Origin: an uncultured Fibrobacteraceae bacterium
Lineage (GTDB): Bacteria > Krumholzibacteriota > Krumholzibacteriia > LZORAL124-64-63
DNA: 64,000 nt
Assembly (NCBI GenBank): GCA_964399195.1
Contig: CAYNPY010000006.1
Location: 9,621-73,620 of the forward strand
Reading direction: 5' to 3'
Shown here: in pieces, positions 1 through 9,976 of the stretch
How positions within the stretch are numbered: the first letter of the stretch is position 1
Layout: each line of letters starts with the position of its first letter
The notes under the pieces: generated by a model
What the model was told of the DNA's origin: nothing
Database searches by the model: none
Seen by the model: only the letters and a program-made list of their open reading frames with translations
Translations under genes and position numbers: made by a program

Positions 1-1
1 G

Positions 2-94
2 CGGGACCTGCTGCGCGAGGCCGACGAGGCGCTCTACGCCGCCAAGGAGGCGGGGCGCAACAAGGTCTGCATCCAGGCGCCCGTCGAGAGTTGA
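2..94 (+). CDS. 3' end of a GGDEF-domain diguanylate cyclase (partial; starts upstream of the window)
   Basis: Frame 2 reads RDLLREADEALYAAKEAGRNKVCIQAPVES*. The ADxALYxAKxxGRNxV tail is the typical C-terminus of GGDEF domains. Stop TGA at 92-94. Confidence 0.6.
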   Translation, partial: RDLLREADEALYAAKEAGRNKVCIQAPVES

Positions 95-101
95 GCCGCG
101 C

Positions 102-581
102 TCAGGTCTTGGCCTCGAACCGCCGCCGCAGCTCCAGGTGGTAGTCGGACAGGGGCCGCATCGCCTGGTCCACGCCCAGCACCGCCATCGCCCGTTCCCA
201 GTCCTCCGGGTGCACGTGCATGATGTAGCGGTAGCCCCCGCGCCCGTCGGCGATGCCGTTGGCGCTCGACACGTTGATGTCCGCGTCGCACAGCTTCTCG
301 TGGATGCCCACCAGCGCGCCCAGTTCGTCGTCGCCCTGGACGATGAACGCGTGATGCGGTCCCTGCAGCACCAGCCCCTCGTGCCGCGCGAAATCGCCGA
401 GCCAGATCGGATTGAGCGGGTAGATCACCAACTGGGTCCGCTCGCGCCCCACCGGGAAGGCGTTGAAGGCGATCAGGTTGACGTCCTCGGCGGCCAGCGC
501 GCGCAGGAAGCGGCAGCCTTGGCCCGGACGGTCCTCGACGGTCGTGTAGTAGTAGTCGACGGCATAGATGCGGGCTGCCAT
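102..581 (-). CDS. conserved hypothetical protein (ACT-like small-molecule-binding fold suspected)
   Basis: 159-aa ORF with balanced, non-low-complexity composition (MAARIYAVDYYYTTVEDRPGQG...). The competing overlapping ORFs are Arg/Pro/Gly junk. Function is not established. Confidence 0.5.
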   Translation of the reverse strand: MAARIYAVDYYYTTVEDRPGQGCRFLRALAAEDVNLIAFNAFPVGRERTQLVIYPLNPIWLGDFARHEGLVLQGPHHAFIVQGDDELGALVGIHEKLCDADINVSSANGIADGRGGYRYIMHVHPEDWERAMAVLGVDQAMRPLSDYHLELRRRFEAKT

Positions 582-756
582 GGCGGGACCTTCCTTCGTT
601 CGCGCAAGGTTGGCCAGGGCCGCGCCGGGGCCGCCGGGGGCGGCGCGCCGGGGCGCTCACGCCGGAACGGGCTTCCGGACGTCCCGATCATAGCAGGTTC
701 CGGCTCGAAAGAGAACCGTCCAACCACGCGCGCGCCGGCGTCACCGCGCGGCGCCG

Positions 757-2379
757 TCAGCGCCCCGGCGCCCCGCGGATCCGGCCGCCGACCGGCGCCA
801 CGACCGTGCCGGCGCGTTCGACCGCCGCGGCGGCCACCTGGGACAGTTCCCGTCCCGTGTCCGTGAACGGCGGGTTGGGGCGGCCCAGGTAGACCGGCGC
901 CATCATCGCCACGAAGTCCGGCATGGCCACGAGGTAGGAGGCGGCCGGGTCCAGGGGCCGGCCGCCGACGGTGACCTCGACCGCGCGGGCGGGCGCCCCC
1001 TCCGCGCCCGGCGCGATGGCGTACGCCAGGCCCGAGATCTGCAGGATGCCGTGGTCCCCGCTCACCTGCGCGGCGGCGTTCCAGTCGGCCACCGCCGCCA
1101 GCTCGGCGCCGCTCAGGCGCACGGTGACCAGCGAGTTGGCGAACGGCAGCACCTCATGGATGTGAAGGGCCGTCACCGGGCCGGCCACCAGGTCGCGCCG
1201 GATGCCGCCGGAGTTGATCAGGCCGACGTCGGCGTCGGCCGCCTCGCGCAGCACGTCGGCCAGCCAGTCGCCCAGCGCGCTTTCCCCGCGGCCGCGCCGC
1301 AGGTCGGCCGCCAACGTGCCCAGCACGCGGCCGTACTCGGCGCGCACGCGGTCCTCGTAGCCCTGCGCCAGCGCGGCGATCCCGTCCAGTTCGCCGCTCG
1401 CAGCCAGCGAGTCGGCCCACAGGCTGACCAGGCGCCCGTCGTAGCCGGCCACCCGGTCGTCCTCCACGCGCAGGTCCAGCCGGCCCAGGTTGGTCAGGGC
1501 CGAGCCCGCCTGCACGATCAGGATGCCGGCCACCAGTTCCGGCTGCCGCAGGCGCGTGTGGCTGTGGCCGCCGACGATCACGTCGATGCCGGCGCCGGCC
1601 AGCGCGGCGGCCAGTTCGCGGTCGCCGTCGACCCCGTTGTGCGTCAGCACGACCAGCAGGTCGGTGACCGGGTCCAGGGCGGCGGCCTGTTCGCGCAGCA
1701 GCGGCGCCTGCGGCGCCATGCGCAGGCCCGCCAGCCGGCCGGGCGCCACCACCTCGGCCATCTCCGCGCAGGAGACGCCCAGGATGCCGACCCGCACGCC
1801 GCCGCGCTCGAGCACCACCGGCTCGGCGCGGAAGGCGGGCCGGCCCTGCCCATCGACGATGTCGGCCCCCAGCACCGGGTGCTCGAACCGCGGCAACAGG
1901 CGCCGCAGGTCGTCCAAGCCGATGTCGAACTCGTGGTTGCCGACCAGCCCCGCGTCGTAGTCCATCGCATTGAAGAGCCGGGCGATGGCCGCGCCCGGCA
2001 CGCCGTCCTCGCGCAGGTTGCAGACCGGGTTGCCGGTCATGAAGTCGCCGGCGTCCACCAGCAGGCTGGCCGGAGCGGTGCGGCGCTGCTCGGCCAGATG
2101 GTGGGCCAACGCCACGATGCCGCCCACCGGCCGGCCGTCGTCGCGCCAGTCGGCCGGGCGGGCGAACATGCCGGCGTGGGTGTCGTTGGTGTGAAAGATG
2201 GTCAGGTTCCAGGGTCCGGACCCCGGCACGGGCGCCGGTCCCTCGACAGCGACGGCCGGCAGGGCCAGGACAAGGGCGGCCGCCGCCAGGAGCCCGGGCA
2301 GCCGGCCGGCGCACCGCCGGGCCGGAGCCCGACGGGGAATGTTCAGCGGGCTCGTCGACGACCGTTCCCTGGATCCCAT
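757..2379 (-). CDS. bifunctional metallophosphatase / 5'-nucleotidase (UshA family), exported
   Basis: N-terminal signal peptide. Calcineurin-like metallophosphatase motifs are present (HTNDTH, DAGD, GNHEFD, GGHSH), followed by a C-terminal 5'-nucleotidase-type domain. Confidence 0.85.
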   Translation of the reverse strand: MGSRERSSTSPLNIPRRAPARRCAGRLPGLLAAAALVLALPAVAVEGPAPVPGSGPWNLTIFHTNDTHAGMFARPADWRDDGRPVGGIVALAHHLAEQRRTAPASLLVDAGDFMTGNPVCNLREDGVPGAAIARLFNAMDYDAGLVGNHEFDIGLDDLRRLLPRFEHPVLGADIVDGQGRPAFRAEPVVLERGGVRVGILGVSCAEMAEVVAPGRLAGLRMAPQAPLLREQAAALDPVTDLLVVLTHNGVDGDRELAAALAGAGIDVIVGGHSHTRLRQPELVAGILIVQAGSALTNLGRLDLRVEDDRVAGYDGRLVSLWADSLAASGELDGIAALAQGYEDRVRAEYGRVLGTLAADLRRGRGESALGDWLADVLREAADADVGLINSGGIRRDLVAGPVTALHIHEVLPFANSLVTVRLSGAELAAVADWNAAAQVSGDHGILQISGLAYAIAPGAEGAPARAVEVTVGGRPLDPAASYLVAMPDFVAMMAPVYLGRPNPPFTDTGRELSQVAAAAVERAGTVVAPVGGRIRGAPGR

Positions 2380-2516
2380 TCAGTGTTCCTCCTGCTGTCG
2401 GCTCGCACCGGGAAACCGGCCGGCGCCAGGCCGGCGGGCCCCCAAAGACGGAAATGACGCGCCGCGCCGGTGTTCGTTGCCCTGGCGGCGACCGTCGGGT
2501 TATTATTAGCTCCGAC

Positions 2517-3809
2517 ATGAACATTCTCAAAGCCCATGGGCCGATATTCCTGCTGATACTGGCAACGGTGTTCGCGGCGTTCGGCCGGCTCACCACCACC
2601 CCGCTGTGGGACGGCGCCGACGCCCACGTCATCTGCGACGCCCACGTGTTGTCGGGCGACCCGGGCGCGATGTTCGGGCACCTGGGCTTCTATTTCAGCC
2701 AGCCCCTGCTCCAGCTGGCGTTCCTGGCGCAGTACCGCCTGTTCGGCCTGGACACCACGGGCTACCTGGCGGTCAACCTGCTGATCCACGCGCTGACCTC
2801 GTTCGTCGTCTACATGCTGGTCCACATGCTGTTCCCGCGGCGGGGCATGGCCGTGCTGGCGGCCCTGCTCTTCGCCCTGGGCGTCGGCAGCTACGGCCGG
2901 GTGTACACGACCGTCCATGCCCAGGAGAGCCTGCTGCTGGCGCTGCTGCACCTGCTGGTGCTCTACTTCTTCATCCGCAACGATTTCCGACGCGAAGGGC
3001 GGCTGCGCTCGTCCCTGTTCGTGGCGGGTCTGGCGCTGTTCCTGGTCTCGGGGCTGACGCGGGCCTCGTCGTTCTCGCTGCTGTCGTGCCTGGTCGCCTA
3101 CAAGGCGTTCTTCCACCGGCGCCGCGGGCGGCCGGTGTGGTCGCCCGATCTGTTGATCTTCATCGCCGTCGGCGCGGCCTTCTACGCGGGGCAGGCGCGC
3201 TGGGGGTTCGAGCAGGCGACGGTCTTCGGTCCGCAGGCGGAGCAGACGCGCTTCTCGCTGCTGTCGGTCAAGAACCTGTTCCGCTACCTGGTCCTGATGT
3301 TCTTCCCGCTGCAGAAGAGCCCGCTGCTGGAGACCGCGCCGTTCTGGGTGGACTGGCTGTTCGCGGCGCGGACCTGGATCCGCTTCGCGCTGACCATCGC
3401 CATCGTCTCCTACAGCTTCTTCGGGTTCGTCTTCGGCAGCCGCGCCATCCGCTTCTTCATCGCCTGGACGTACATCACGCTGCTGCCGTTCACGGCCCAC
3501 ACCGAGGCGGGCCGCTGGCTCAACCTGAACCACCTCTACCTGGCGTCGCTGGGCTTCTGCGTGGTCATCGCCGCCGGGGCCGCCGGCTGCAGCTCGTTGC
3601 TGGCGCGGGCCGGTCGCCGGCGCTTCCTGCCGTACCTGGTGCCCCTGGTCCTGGCCGCCGCGTCGGTCGGCCTGACGCACCAGCTGGACTCCAAGTACAA
3701 GACGCTCGCGCGCTGGCCGGCCTCCGAGCAGTTGCGCGCGCAGGTCGCCGAGGCGTGCTCCACGGCCGCCGCCGACCGGGAACCGGGCGACCCCCTGCCC
3801 CGGCGCTGA
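2517..3809 (+). CDS. polytopic membrane protein, GT39/ArnT-like (PMT_2-type) glycosyltransferase candidate
   Basis: About 430 aa with many hydrophobic helices. The N-terminal region (MNILKAHGPIFLLILATVFAAFGRL...) resembles dolichyl-phosphate-mannose/ArnT-family transferases. Start chosen at the ATG of MNILK. Confidence 0.55.
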   Translation: MNILKAHGPIFLLILATVFAAFGRLTTTPLWDGADAHVICDAHVLSGDPGAMFGHLGFYFSQPLLQLAFLAQYRLFGLDTTGYLAVNLLIHALTSFVVYMLVHMLFPRRGMAVLAALLFALGVGSYGRVYTTVHAQESLLLALLHLLVLYFFIRNDFRREGRLRSSLFVAGLALFLVSGLTRASSFSLLSCLVAYKAFFHRRRGRPVWSPDLLIFIAVGAAFYAGQARWGFEQATVFGPQAEQTRFSLLSVKNLFRYLVLMFFPLQKSPLLETAPFWVDWLFAARTWIRFALTIAIVSYSFFGFVFGSRAIRFFIAWTYITLLPFTAHTEAGRWLNLNHLYLASLGFCVVIAAGAAGCSSLLARAGRRRFLPYLVPLVLAAASVGLTHQLDSKYKTLARWPASEQLRAQVAEACSTAAADREPGDPLPRR

Positions 3810-3933
3810 ACGGGGTCCGGCCGGGTTTGGCGGCCGCCCCGCCGCCTCCTATCTTTGGGCGCGACAACCCCGACCGTGGCCGCCGGATCACCCGGCCCGC
3901 CCGGCCCCCGTTTCCGCAGGAGGAGCAGTGGTC

Positions 3934-5055
3934 ATGGCCAAGTACAGGATCGGCTGGATGCCCGGCGACGGCGTGGGCGTCGACGTGATGGACGCCACGC
4001 GGATCGTGCTGGACGCCCTCGGCTTCGACGCCGAGTACGTCCACGGCGACATCGGCTGGGAGATCTGGTGCCGCGAGGCGAACGCGCTGCCCGACCGCAC
4101 CCTCGAGATGCTGCGCACGGTGGACGCGGCGCTCTTCGGCGCCATCACCAGCAAGCCGAAGGAAGAAGCCGAGGCCGAGCTGATCCCCGAGCTGCGCGGC
4201 AAGGGCCACGTCTACCGCAGCCCGATCGTGCGCCTGCGCCAGGAATTCAACCTGCGGACGAACCTGCGCCCCTGCAAGGCGTACGCGGGCAACCCGCTGA
4301 ACTTCCGCGACGGGCTGGACATGGTCGTCTTCCGGCAGAACACCGAGGACCTGTACATGGGCGTCGAGTGGCACCCGCTGCCGCAGGAGCTGCGCGACGT
4401 CATGATGAAGACGCTGCCCGGCCCCACGAAGCGGCTGGCGGACACGGCCAACGAGGACATCGCCGTCTCGGCGCGCATCTTGACGCGGCTGGGCTGCCAG
4501 CAGATCGTGCGCGACGCGTTCGAGTACGCGAAGAACTTCGGCTACAAGACCGTGACCGTGGTCGAGAAGCCGAACGTCGTGCGCGAGACCAGCGGCCTGA
4601 TGGTGCGCGAGGCGCGCAAGATCGCCAAGGACTACCCCGGCATCGAGCTGTGGGAGACGAACATCGACGCCATGTGCATGTGGCTGATCAAGAATCCCGA
4701 GCAGTACGGGGTGATGGTCTCGAGCAACATGTTCGGCGACATCCTCAGCGACCTCTGCGCGCAGCTGGTGGGCGGCCTCGGCTTCGCCTGCAGCGGCAAC
4801 CTGGGCGACAAGCTCGGCATCTTCGAGCCCAGCCACGGCTCGGCGCCGAAGTACGTGGGCCTGAACAAGGTCAACCCCATCGCGATGATCCTCTCGGCCA
4901 AGATGATGCTCGACCACCTGGGCGAGAAGGACATGGCCGCGCGGATGGAGAGCGCGGTGGCCGCGGTGATCAGGGACGGCAAGGCCCGCACCTACGACAT
5001 GGGCGGCACCACGACGACCACCGGCATGGCCGAGGCGATCGCGGCGCGCTGCTGA
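3934..5055 (+). CDS. isocitrate/isopropylmalate dehydrogenase family enzyme (beta-decarboxylating dehydrogenase)
   Basis: AGGAGG lies 10 nt upstream of the ATG. Family motifs are present: SPIVRLRQEFNLRTNLRP, NMFGDILSD, EPSHGSAPKY. Confidence 0.9.
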   Translation: MAKYRIGWMPGDGVGVDVMDATRIVLDALGFDAEYVHGDIGWEIWCREANALPDRTLEMLRTVDAALFGAITSKPKEEAEAELIPELRGKGHVYRSPIVRLRQEFNLRTNLRPCKAYAGNPLNFRDGLDMVVFRQNTEDLYMGVEWHPLPQELRDVMMKTLPGPTKRLADTANEDIAVSARILTRLGCQQIVRDAFEYAKNFGYKTVTVVEKPNVVRETSGLMVREARKIAKDYPGIELWETNIDAMCMWLIKNPEQYGVMVSSNMFGDILSDLCAQLVGGLGFACSGNLGDKLGIFEPSHGSAPKYVGLNKVNPIAMILSAKMMLDHLGEKDMAARMESAVAAVIRDGKARTYDMGGTTTTTGMAEAIAARC

Positions 5056-5139
5056 GCGCGGTGGAGCAAGGAACGATGGAACGGCCCCCGGGGTGGTCCC
5101 CGGGGGCCTTCGCGTCCGGTCGGCGGGACGCCGCCGCCG

Positions 5140-5580
5140 TCAGAGGCCGGCCAGCGTCATCGATTCAGCCGCCGTCGCCGATGCGCGCGGCCCCAGCACA
5201 TGCAGCCGGCGGCGGAAGGCCACCAGGAGAGCCGGAATGCGCGCCGCCTCGCGGGGCGCCAGCCACCGGCGCTGCAGGCGCGCCGGTTCCACGCCCAGCC
5301 GCCGCAGCGCGAGCGCGCCGTCGTGGATGTGCCGGAACGCCTCAAGGTCGCCGCGCGGGCGCAGGCAATGGCGTCCGAGGCAGCCCAGCACCAGGACGCC
5401 GTCCGCCCCGTCCAGGAAGGCGGCGGCCAGGCGCGCGCCGTCGACCTCGGCCTCGCAGCATTCCACCAGACTGCAGCCGTGCCCGGCGGCGGCCGCCGTC
5501 TGGCCGCAGCAGCGCGGACAATGGAAGATGGTGATCCGCGGCTCGTGGCCGCGGCCGGCGGTGGTCGAATCGCTGACCAT
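5140..5580 (-). CDS. MvhD/FlpD-like hydrogenase iron-sulfur (delta) subunit domain protein, orphan
   Basis: ITIFHCPRCCG...C...AFLDGADGVLVLGCLGRHC matches the MvhD pattern: cysteines plus a GADGV-V-GC core. Confidence 0.65.
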   Translation of the reverse strand: MVSDSTTAGRGHEPRITIFHCPRCCGQTAAAAGHGCSLVECCEAEVDGARLAAAFLDGADGVLVLGCLGRHCLRPRGDLEAFRHIHDGALALRRLGVEPARLQRRWLAPREAARIPALLVAFRRRLHVLGPRASATAAESMTLAGL

Positions 5581-5811
5581 GGGCGTCCTTCCGGGAATTG
5601 CCTAGCCTGACGGTGGGAGCGTAACAAACCGATCGGCTGTGGTCAAATTGTTTGTTAAAGTATTGGCAACTATTGTCGCCAACTTATCCCATTGTCCAGC
5701 AAGGATTTATCCTGGAGCCGGGCGCGCGTTGCCGATCCGGAGCACCGGCGCTAACATCTGGCCCGTGCCCGCGCCCCGCCCCCACCACCAACCCGAGCCG
5801 GCGGCACGACC

Positions 5812-6675
5812 GTGAGCCCACCGCTCCGCACCCTGACCGACGTCCGCGGCCGCAGCCTGCCGGCCGCGGCGCACGGTCGCGTGGTCTCGCTGGTGCCCAG
5901 TCTGACCGAGACCGTCTGCCGGCTCGGGGCCGCGAAGCGGCTGGTGGGCCGCACCATCTACTGTGTCGAGCCGCGGGGGGATTTGGCCGACGTGCCGGCC
6001 TGCGGCGGCACCAAGAACCCGGACCTCGCCGCCGTCATCGCGCTCGGACCCGACCTGGTGCTGGCCTGTGCGGAGGAGAACAAGCCCGAGCATCTCGCGC
6101 AGCTCGAGGCCGCCGGCATCGCCGTCCACACGGTGATGCCGCGATCGCTCGACGACGTCGCGGCGTTGCTGGCGGCATACGGCGACCTGCTGGGCGCGGA
6201 AGCGGCGGCCGCCGCCGCCCGTCAGGAGCTGGCGGAAGCCCGCCGGGCAGCCGGCGACTGGCGCGCGCGACTGGGCGCGCCGCTGCCCGCCGTGTGCCTG
6301 GTCTGGCGGAAGCCCTGGCTGGCCGCCGGCGGCGGCAACCACATCACGGCGATGATGGGCGAGGCGGGCCTGGAGAACGTCCTGGCCGCGCGCGAGGGCT
6401 ACCCCGAAGTGACGCTGGACGAGCTGGCCGCGCTGCGGCCCGCGGTGGCGCTCCTGCCGGACGAGCCCTACCCGTTCACGCACCACGCGGCTTGGTCGCT
6501 GACGGCGGCCGGCGTGGTGCCGGCGCGCCGGCGCGCGGTGCTGCTGGACGGCAGGCTGGTGTGCTGGTACGGAACGCGGACCGCCGGCGCGTTGCGCGAG
6601 CTGGTCCGCGTGCTCGAGGCGCGTCTGTTCAGCGCGGCTGGTAGTACGGCAGCGCTTCCGCCAGATATTCGTTGA
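5812..6675 (+). CDS. periplasmic substrate-binding protein, BtuF/Fe-siderophore (class III helical-backbone) family
   Basis: VVSLVPSLTETVCRLGAAKRLVGRT, GGTKNPDLAAVIALGPDLVLA and similar segments are typical of cobalamin/iron-complex ABC binding proteins. GTG start. Confidence 0.7.
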   Translation: MSPPLRTLTDVRGRSLPAAAHGRVVSLVPSLTETVCRLGAAKRLVGRTIYCVEPRGDLADVPACGGTKNPDLAAVIALGPDLVLACAEENKPEHLAQLEAAGIAVHTVMPRSLDDVAALLAAYGDLLGAEAAAAAARQELAEARRAAGDWRARLGAPLPAVCLVWRKPWLAAGGGNHITAMMGEAGLENVLAAREGYPEVTLDELAALRPAVALLPDEPYPFTHHAAWSLTAAGVVPARRRAVLLDGRLVCWYGTRTAGALRELVRVLEARLFSAAGSTAALPPDIR

Positions 6676-7438
6676 GCTGGCGGATGCGCGTCTCGTCCGA
6701 AGGGTGCGTGCTGAGGAACTCGGGCGGCGCCGCGCCGCCGCCGGCGGCCATGCGCTCCCAGAACTTCGGCGCCTGCCGCGGGTCGTAGCCTGCCATCGCC
6801 ATGAAGATCAGGCCCAGGCGGTCGGCCTCGCTCTCGTGCTGGCGGCTGAACGGCAGCATCACGCCCACCTGGGCGCCCAGCCCGAACGCGCCCATCCACA
6901 GCTCGCGCGTCTGTTCTGGTTTGGAGCGCATCGCTTCCGACAGCGCCACCCCGCCCAGCTGCAGGGCCAGCTGCTGGCTCATCCGCTCGCTGCCGTGGCG
7001 CGCGATGGCGTGCGCCACCTCGTGGCCCATCACCACGGCGATGCCGGTGTCGTCCTTGCAGACGGGCAGGATCCCGGTGTAGAAGGCGACCTTGCCGCCC
7101 GGCATGCACCAGGCATTCTTCTGCTCGCTCTCGATGAGGTTGAACTCCCAGGCGTAGCCCTCCAGTTCGTGCGACATCCCCTGCTGCTGGAAGTAGCGCT
7201 CGACCGCGCCCTGGATCTTCGCGCCGACGCGCCGGACCTGCGCCGTGGCCGCGGCGTCCTGGCTGAGCTTGCTCTCCTTCAGCACCTGGTCGTACTGCGA
7301 GAAGCTCATGGCGTTCATCTGGCTCTCGGGAATCAGGCTGAGCTGGCGGCGGCCGGTGATGGGCACCGTGGCGCAGGCGGCCAGCAGGCCGCACAGGACG
7401 ACGGATCCGGCGGCGGTCAGGAGCAGGCGGCGGTTCAT
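6629..7438 (-). CDS. M48 family zinc metallopeptidase, lipoprotein
   Basis: HEVAH zinc motif (MGHEVAHAIARHGSERM). N-terminus MNRRLLLTAAGSVVLCGLLAAC carries a lipobox. The 3' end overlaps the convergent gene by 47 nt. Confidence 0.85.
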   Translation of the reverse strand: MNRRLLLTAAGSVVLCGLLAACATVPITGRRQLSLIPESQMNAMSFSQYDQVLKESKLSQDAAATAQVRRVGAKIQGAVERYFQQQGMSHELEGYAWEFNLIESEQKNAWCMPGGKVAFYTGILPVCKDDTGIAVVMGHEVAHAIARHGSERMSQQLALQLGGVALSEAMRSKPEQTRELWMGAFGLGAQVGVMLPFSRQHESEADRLGLIFMAMAGYDPRQAPKFWERMAAGGGAAPPEFLSTHPSDETRIRQLNEYLAEALPYYQPR

Positions 7439-7623
7439 GGCTTCACGTACCCCCGGGCTGGCTGGTGGCGGAACCGGGAACTCCCGGCGCCGACAGTCTA
7501 GTGCGCGCACCCGGCTGCGTCCAGTGGCGGACCCGCGCTGTCCGCGGTTAGGTTGGGCGCCTGTCGCCGCGGCGCGACGCCCCATCGCAACTTCAGACCC
7601 TGGTCCCGGCCGAGGCTCGTCCC

Positions 7624-7908
7624 ATGATTTCTCTCCTTCCCAGCGTGCTCCTGATGGCGGTGGCCGTGTTCCTGCTGAACCTGCCCATGGGCTGGTGGCG
7701 TCAGGGCGTCCGCAAGTTCTCCTGGCAGTGGCTCGTGGCGGTCCACGCCATGGTGCCCGTCGTCATCCTTCTGCGGCACCTGCTGCACGTCGGTTTCGCC
7801 TGGTGGTCGTTCCTGGTCACCGTTCCCTGCTACTTCGGCGGCCAGTGGACCGGCGCGGTCCTGCGCCGCCGCGCCGCGCTGCAGTCCGGCTCGTCGCCGG
7901 TCAACTGA
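7624..7908 (+). CDS. small integral membrane protein (3 predicted TM helices)
   Basis: 94-aa hydrophobic ORF with no recognisable family. Confidence 0.45.
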   Translation: MISLLPSVLLMAVAVFLLNLPMGWWRQGVRKFSWQWLVAVHAMVPVVILLRHLLHVGFAWWSFLVTVPCYFGGQWTGAVLRRRAALQSGSSPVN

Positions 7909-7930
7909 ACGGTCCCGGCCAACGTGACGA

Positions 7931-7957
7931 GCCCGTCGGCCACCGGCGCCGACGGGC
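7931..7957. terminator. bidirectional hairpin between convergent genes
   Basis: GCCCGTCGG-(9 nt)-CCGACGGGC forms a 9-bp perfect stem. It lies between the stops at 7908 (+) and 7985 (-). Confidence 0.5.
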
Positions 7958-7984
7958 CCGTTGTGCGCGGCCGGCAGGGCCGGC

Positions 7985-8878
7985 TCAGTCCTTCATGATG
8001 ATGACGTACTTGACGGCCCGGAACGCCTCCTTGTCCAGAATGCGCAGGGCCATCTGCTCGCCATTGGCCTCCAGCGCGTAGCTCTCGGCCGGCTGTGCGC
8101 TGACGACCTTCGCCTTCTGCGCGTCGATGGGGATGTAGGTGGCGCGGTCGGTGTCCAGCGCCGTGAACTCGCCGCCGTCGGTGCGGCCGGTCGGGCGCAC
8201 GGTGCGGCCGATGCCGAGCAGGCCGCCCTTGGACTCGATCAGCCCCTGACGCGACAGTTCCTTCTTCGTGCCCACGACGTAGTAGACGGTGCCCAGCCGC
8301 TGTCGCGATTGCTCCAGCGCCGCGGTCTGCTGCTGGATCGTCTGGTCCTGCTGGCGGATGGTCTCCTGGCCGGTCGCCACCTCGGTCTGCAGTCCGGTCA
8401 CCTGGGTCTGCAGCTCGCCCACACGCGTGGTCAGGGCGGCGATCTCCTTCTCCTTCTCCGCCACGGTCTGCCGCAGGCCCCGGATGAGCTTCTCCAGCCC
8501 CGCGATCTTGACGTCGCCCTGCTGCAGCTTCTCCTCGAGCTCCTTGATGCGGTCGTTCGCGCGTTGGACGCCGGCCTTGATCTCGGCGATGCGCGCCATC
8601 GTCTGCTCGCCGCGATCCTGCGACAGGCTCTGCTCCTGCGCCAGTTCGGTCTCCAGCGCCTGCGTGCCGTGCTCGCCCAGGTCGATCTCCTTGAGGCTCT
8701 CCTGGATCGAGACGACCTCGTCGATCGCCGCGGCGTAGCGCGCGCTGGTGGCCTGCTCCTCGGCCTGCAGCGTCGCGAAGTCGGCGCGGCTCTGCCCCAG
8801 CTTCTGGTTCAGGGACAGCACCCAGGCCGCCAGGCCGATGGCGACCACGACCAGGATGCCCACCACGGTCTTACGCAT
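7985..8878 (-). CDS. membrane-anchored coiled-coil protein (hypothetical)
   Basis: N-terminal TM helix (MRKTVVGILVVVAIGLAAWVL), then about 170 aa of heptad-like Q/E/L-rich sequence, then a globular C-terminal domain. Confidence 0.65.
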   Translation of the reverse strand: MRKTVVGILVVVAIGLAAWVLSLNQKLGQSRADFATLQAEEQATSARYAAAIDEVVSIQESLKEIDLGEHGTQALETELAQEQSLSQDRGEQTMARIAEIKAGVQRANDRIKELEEKLQQGDVKIAGLEKLIRGLRQTVAEKEKEIAALTTRVGELQTQVTGLQTEVATGQETIRQQDQTIQQQTAALEQSRQRLGTVYYVVGTKKELSRQGLIESKGGLLGIGRTVRPTGRTDGGEFTALDTDRATYIPIDAQKAKVVSAQPAESYALEANGEQMALRILDKEAFRAVKYVIIMKD

Positions 8879-8992
8879 GCTCCACTCTCCTTGCCGGTCC
8901 GTTGTTCGGGGCCTGCCCCACAATATGGCGCCGGATCGCCGCAGCCGCCGCCGCCGCGCGCCCGCCGGGCGCCGGCGGCGTGCGCTTCCGCG

Positions 8993-9940
8993 TCAACCCC
9001 CGCCGTCGTCCGCGGGCTCCACGTGGACCGTCACGTCTGAGCCCGGCAGGATGCGGCGCACCAGATCCTCGATCGCCTCGGTCAGCGCGTGCGAACGGCG
9101 CACCGTCAGGTCCCCGTCCACCGTCACGTGCATGTCCACGAACCAGCTCCCGCCCGCGCCGCGGATGCGGATGTCGTGGGCGTCGATGACCCCTTCGAGG
9201 GCGGCGATTTCGCGCTCGATGGCATCACTCTCGCCGCCGCGCGGCGAGGCGTCCAGCAGCGCCTGCAGCGAGCGCCAGCCCAGACGCAGGCTGACCACCG
9301 CGACGATGCCGGCCACCGCGAGGGCCGCCATGCTGTCGCCGTGCTCGAGGAACGACAGCTGCGGCACGGCGCGCGCCAGGAGCACCTGGCCCAGGCCCAG
9401 GATCACCACGCAGGAGGACCAGATGTCGGTGCGGAAGTGCAGCGCGTCAGCCTCGAGCGCCTGCGAGCGGTGCTTGCGCGCGGCGGCGGCCAGCCGGCGC
9501 GAGCGCGAGACGTCCACCGCGATGGAGACGCCCATCACGCCGAACGCCCACCAGGTCACCTCGACGTGCGTGCCGGGATTCAGCAGCCGCTGCACGGATT
9601 CCCAGACGATCCAGACCACGGTCGCCAGCAGCAGCAGGGTCTCGAAGAGGGCCGAGAGGTTCTCGATCTTCCCGTGGCCGTAGGGGTGATTCCGGTCGGC
9701 CGGACGATCTGCGACGCGCACCGCCACCCAGGTGGTGAAAGCGGCCACCAGGTCCAGGGCCGAGTGCACCGCTTCGGCCATGATGCCCAGCGAGCCGGTG
9801 AGCAGGCCGACGACGCCCTTGAGCGCAGTCAGAGCGACGGCCGCGAAGACCGAGCTGAGCGCGACGGCCGACTTCTCGCGGCTCGCTTCGCGGGCGGCGG
9901 CGGCGCTGTCGGCGGCGGTGTTGTCGGCGGCGCGTGCCAT
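8993..9940 (-). CDS. cation diffusion facilitator (CDF) family metal efflux transporter
   Basis: Six TM helices, the AEAVHSALD motif, NHPYGHGKIENL, and a C-terminal cytoplasmic domain. Confidence 0.9.
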   Translation of the reverse strand: MARAADNTAADSAAAAREASREKSAVALSSVFAAVALTALKGVVGLLTGSLGIMAEAVHSALDLVAAFTTWVAVRVADRPADRNHPYGHGKIENLSALFETLLLLATVVWIVWESVQRLLNPGTHVEVTWWAFGVMGVSIAVDVSRSRRLAAAARKHRSQALEADALHFRTDIWSSCVVILGLGQVLLARAVPQLSFLEHGDSMAALAVAGIVAVVSLRLGWRSLQALLDASPRGGESDAIEREIAALEGVIDAHDIRIRGAGGSWFVDMHVTVDGDLTVRRSHALTEAIEDLVRRILPGSDVTVHVEPADDGGG

Positions 9941-9976
9941 GACTTCCTCGGCGGCGGTGAGCGGCGCGGACGCCGG

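Noticed and set aside
5581..5811. Cobalamin riboswitch in the 230-bp leader of the BtuF-like gene.
   Set aside because: I could find no B12-box (GCCACTG-like core) and no characteristic conserved stems. Only an AT-rich patch with an imperfect dyad, TTGGCAAC-tatt-GTCGCCAA (5663-5682), is present. That is more likely a protein operator or promoter.
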